Source: Antechinus flavipes
Lineage: Eukaryota
Assembly: GCF_016432865.1 (NCBI RefSeq)
Contig: NC_067398.1
Coordinates: 81,282,001-81,346,000, forward strand
DNA length: 64,000 nt
Reading direction: 5' to 3'
In this document: one piece after another, positions 62,521 to 64,000 of the stretch
How positions within the stretch are numbered: the first letter of the stretch is position 1
How the letters are laid out: the number at the start of each line of letters is the position of its first letter
Made by a program: the position numbers and the translations under genes
The notes under the pieces: generated by a model
Told to the model about the DNA's origin: nothing
Seen by the model: only the letters and a program-made list of their open reading frames with translations
Database searches by the model: none

Positions 62521-64000
62521 AGGTACAGATAGGTACATAGCCACTGTTCTTATGCAGGCTCTTATCAGCTTGCCCTTGGATCATTGCAATAAACTGTTCT
62601 CTGTTTCAAGTCTCTTCCTACTCCAGTGTTTCTTGCATTTAGCTGCCAAAATTATCTTAAAATCTGACCATGTCATTCTTATTTTCCTCTTCATCCCACC
62701 TCCAAGATTAAATATAAAATAAATGTAAAATCTTCAGTTTGACGTTTAAATAACTTTACAACCTGACCCCTTCCTACTTTTAATTACTCACTGTTACTAT
62801 TCTGTGATCTAGCAATACTGGTCTTTTTGCTGTTCCTCATGATACTCTATCTCTTGACTCCATTCATACTTTTTCAGTGACTGTCCTTCAAGCCTGGAAT
62901 GTTGTACATCTTCACCTTTTACTAGTCAGATCATTCTCCCCTTTTGCAGGAGATCTTTTCTCCCATATCCCTTTTACTGCTTAGTGCCTTCCCTTTGAAA
63001 TTATTTTCCATTTACAATATATTTATCTTGTATGTACAGTTTTTTGCATGGTATATTTTTGTGGAGAAGTTTTTTGTTATTAGTATTGAGGGCAGGGACT
63101 GTTTTTTTGCCCTTCTTTGTATCTTAGCACTTAACATAGTTCTTAAAGCACATTAAGTGTAAACACTTAACAAGTATTTGTTGATTGGCCTGTTTGTTAA
63201 AAGAATGAACTGAATTCAGTCCTTCATTGTTCAAGAGGGAAAATGCCTTCTGCCAAGGTGGAAGTAACTGGCCCAAGATCAACCCAATAATTATGCGTTA
63301 AGTTTCCATTTTGTGTTTGGTGATGGAGATACAGAGATAAAAAATGAAACAGTCTCTACATTTTATAGGGGGATGGAGGGGATACAGCTTTTAAGTAAAT
63401 AAAAAGCATATACATAAATATGTGAACGATCTGCTCTCATGATGTGGACAGTCTCTTCAACAGGCCACTGCAATCATTTGAGCATTTATTAAGTACCTTC
63501 TGTGTCCCAGGCAGCATGCTAAGTATTAGAGATACAAAGCAAAGTACCAGCTATCCCTGTCTCTGAGAGGCTTTCATTCTAATGAGGGAGATGTTATGTA
63601 ATTAGGTACTTAAAAGAGATATACAGACTAGATGAAAGGTTGTCTTAGAGAGGAAGGTCTGCTTGTTGTTTGACTTTGCCCTGGCTTTCCATCATGTTGC
63701 AGACTCTCTTGATTTCTCTTGATGTGAGGGGGAGAGTGGAGTGCATGGGCAATACGTGATATATAAAAGTATATCCCATTAATTTCTGAGGAGGAGTCTC
63801 ATTCATCAAGGGGTCAAGAGGAAGTTTGTAGTCATGGAGTAACTTAGTCCCTGATCCAAGCTTTGCAGAGGACAGGTATGGAGGATGAGCTCAGTGAAGG
63901 ACAGAGGAAAGAAAGGGATTCAGCTATGAGGTACAGCAGAGAGTCCAGATTGATGGGAAGTGGAGAGAAGTGTGGGAGGGTCTGGCAGGACCAGATAGTG

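Overview
This is mammalian genomic DNA from a marsupial. CORE-SINE (WSINE1/Mar1-like) copies, marsupial-type L1 3' ends and a solo LTR suggest an Australian dasyurid, though the species is inferred. The window holds the conserved syntenic block ACY1(-, cut by the left edge) - ABHD14A(-) - ABHD14B(+) - PCBP4(+) - GPR62(-) - PARP3(-) - RRP9(+, only exons 1-2 inside). I built exon-level models by hand from splice sites and reading-frame continuity. ABHD14A (246 aa), ABHD14B (210 aa), PCBP4 (410 aa), GPR62 (365 aa) and PARP3 (529 aa) are intact. Most long ORFs in the supplied track are artefacts of high GC content or of a 3.3-kb (TG)n/ACCCTC satellite in RRP9 intron 2. I found no evidence of a wholly new multi-gene system. 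The most interesting local signals are: (1) an 18-bp C-rich minisatellite of about 21 decoy 3' splice sites just upstream of the first coding exon of the poly(C)-binding protein gene PCBP4; (2) short near-exact copies of ABHD14A last-exon and 3'-flank sequence inside ABHD14A intron 2; (3) a canonical ERY motif, a strong-Kozak uORF and a 5'UTR intron in the orphan GPCR GPR62; (4) a GC-AG intron, an upstream in-frame ATG and a perfect RFX X-box in PCBP4; (5) the satellite with higher-order duplications. Comparisons with human orthologues are from memory and should be verified by alignment.
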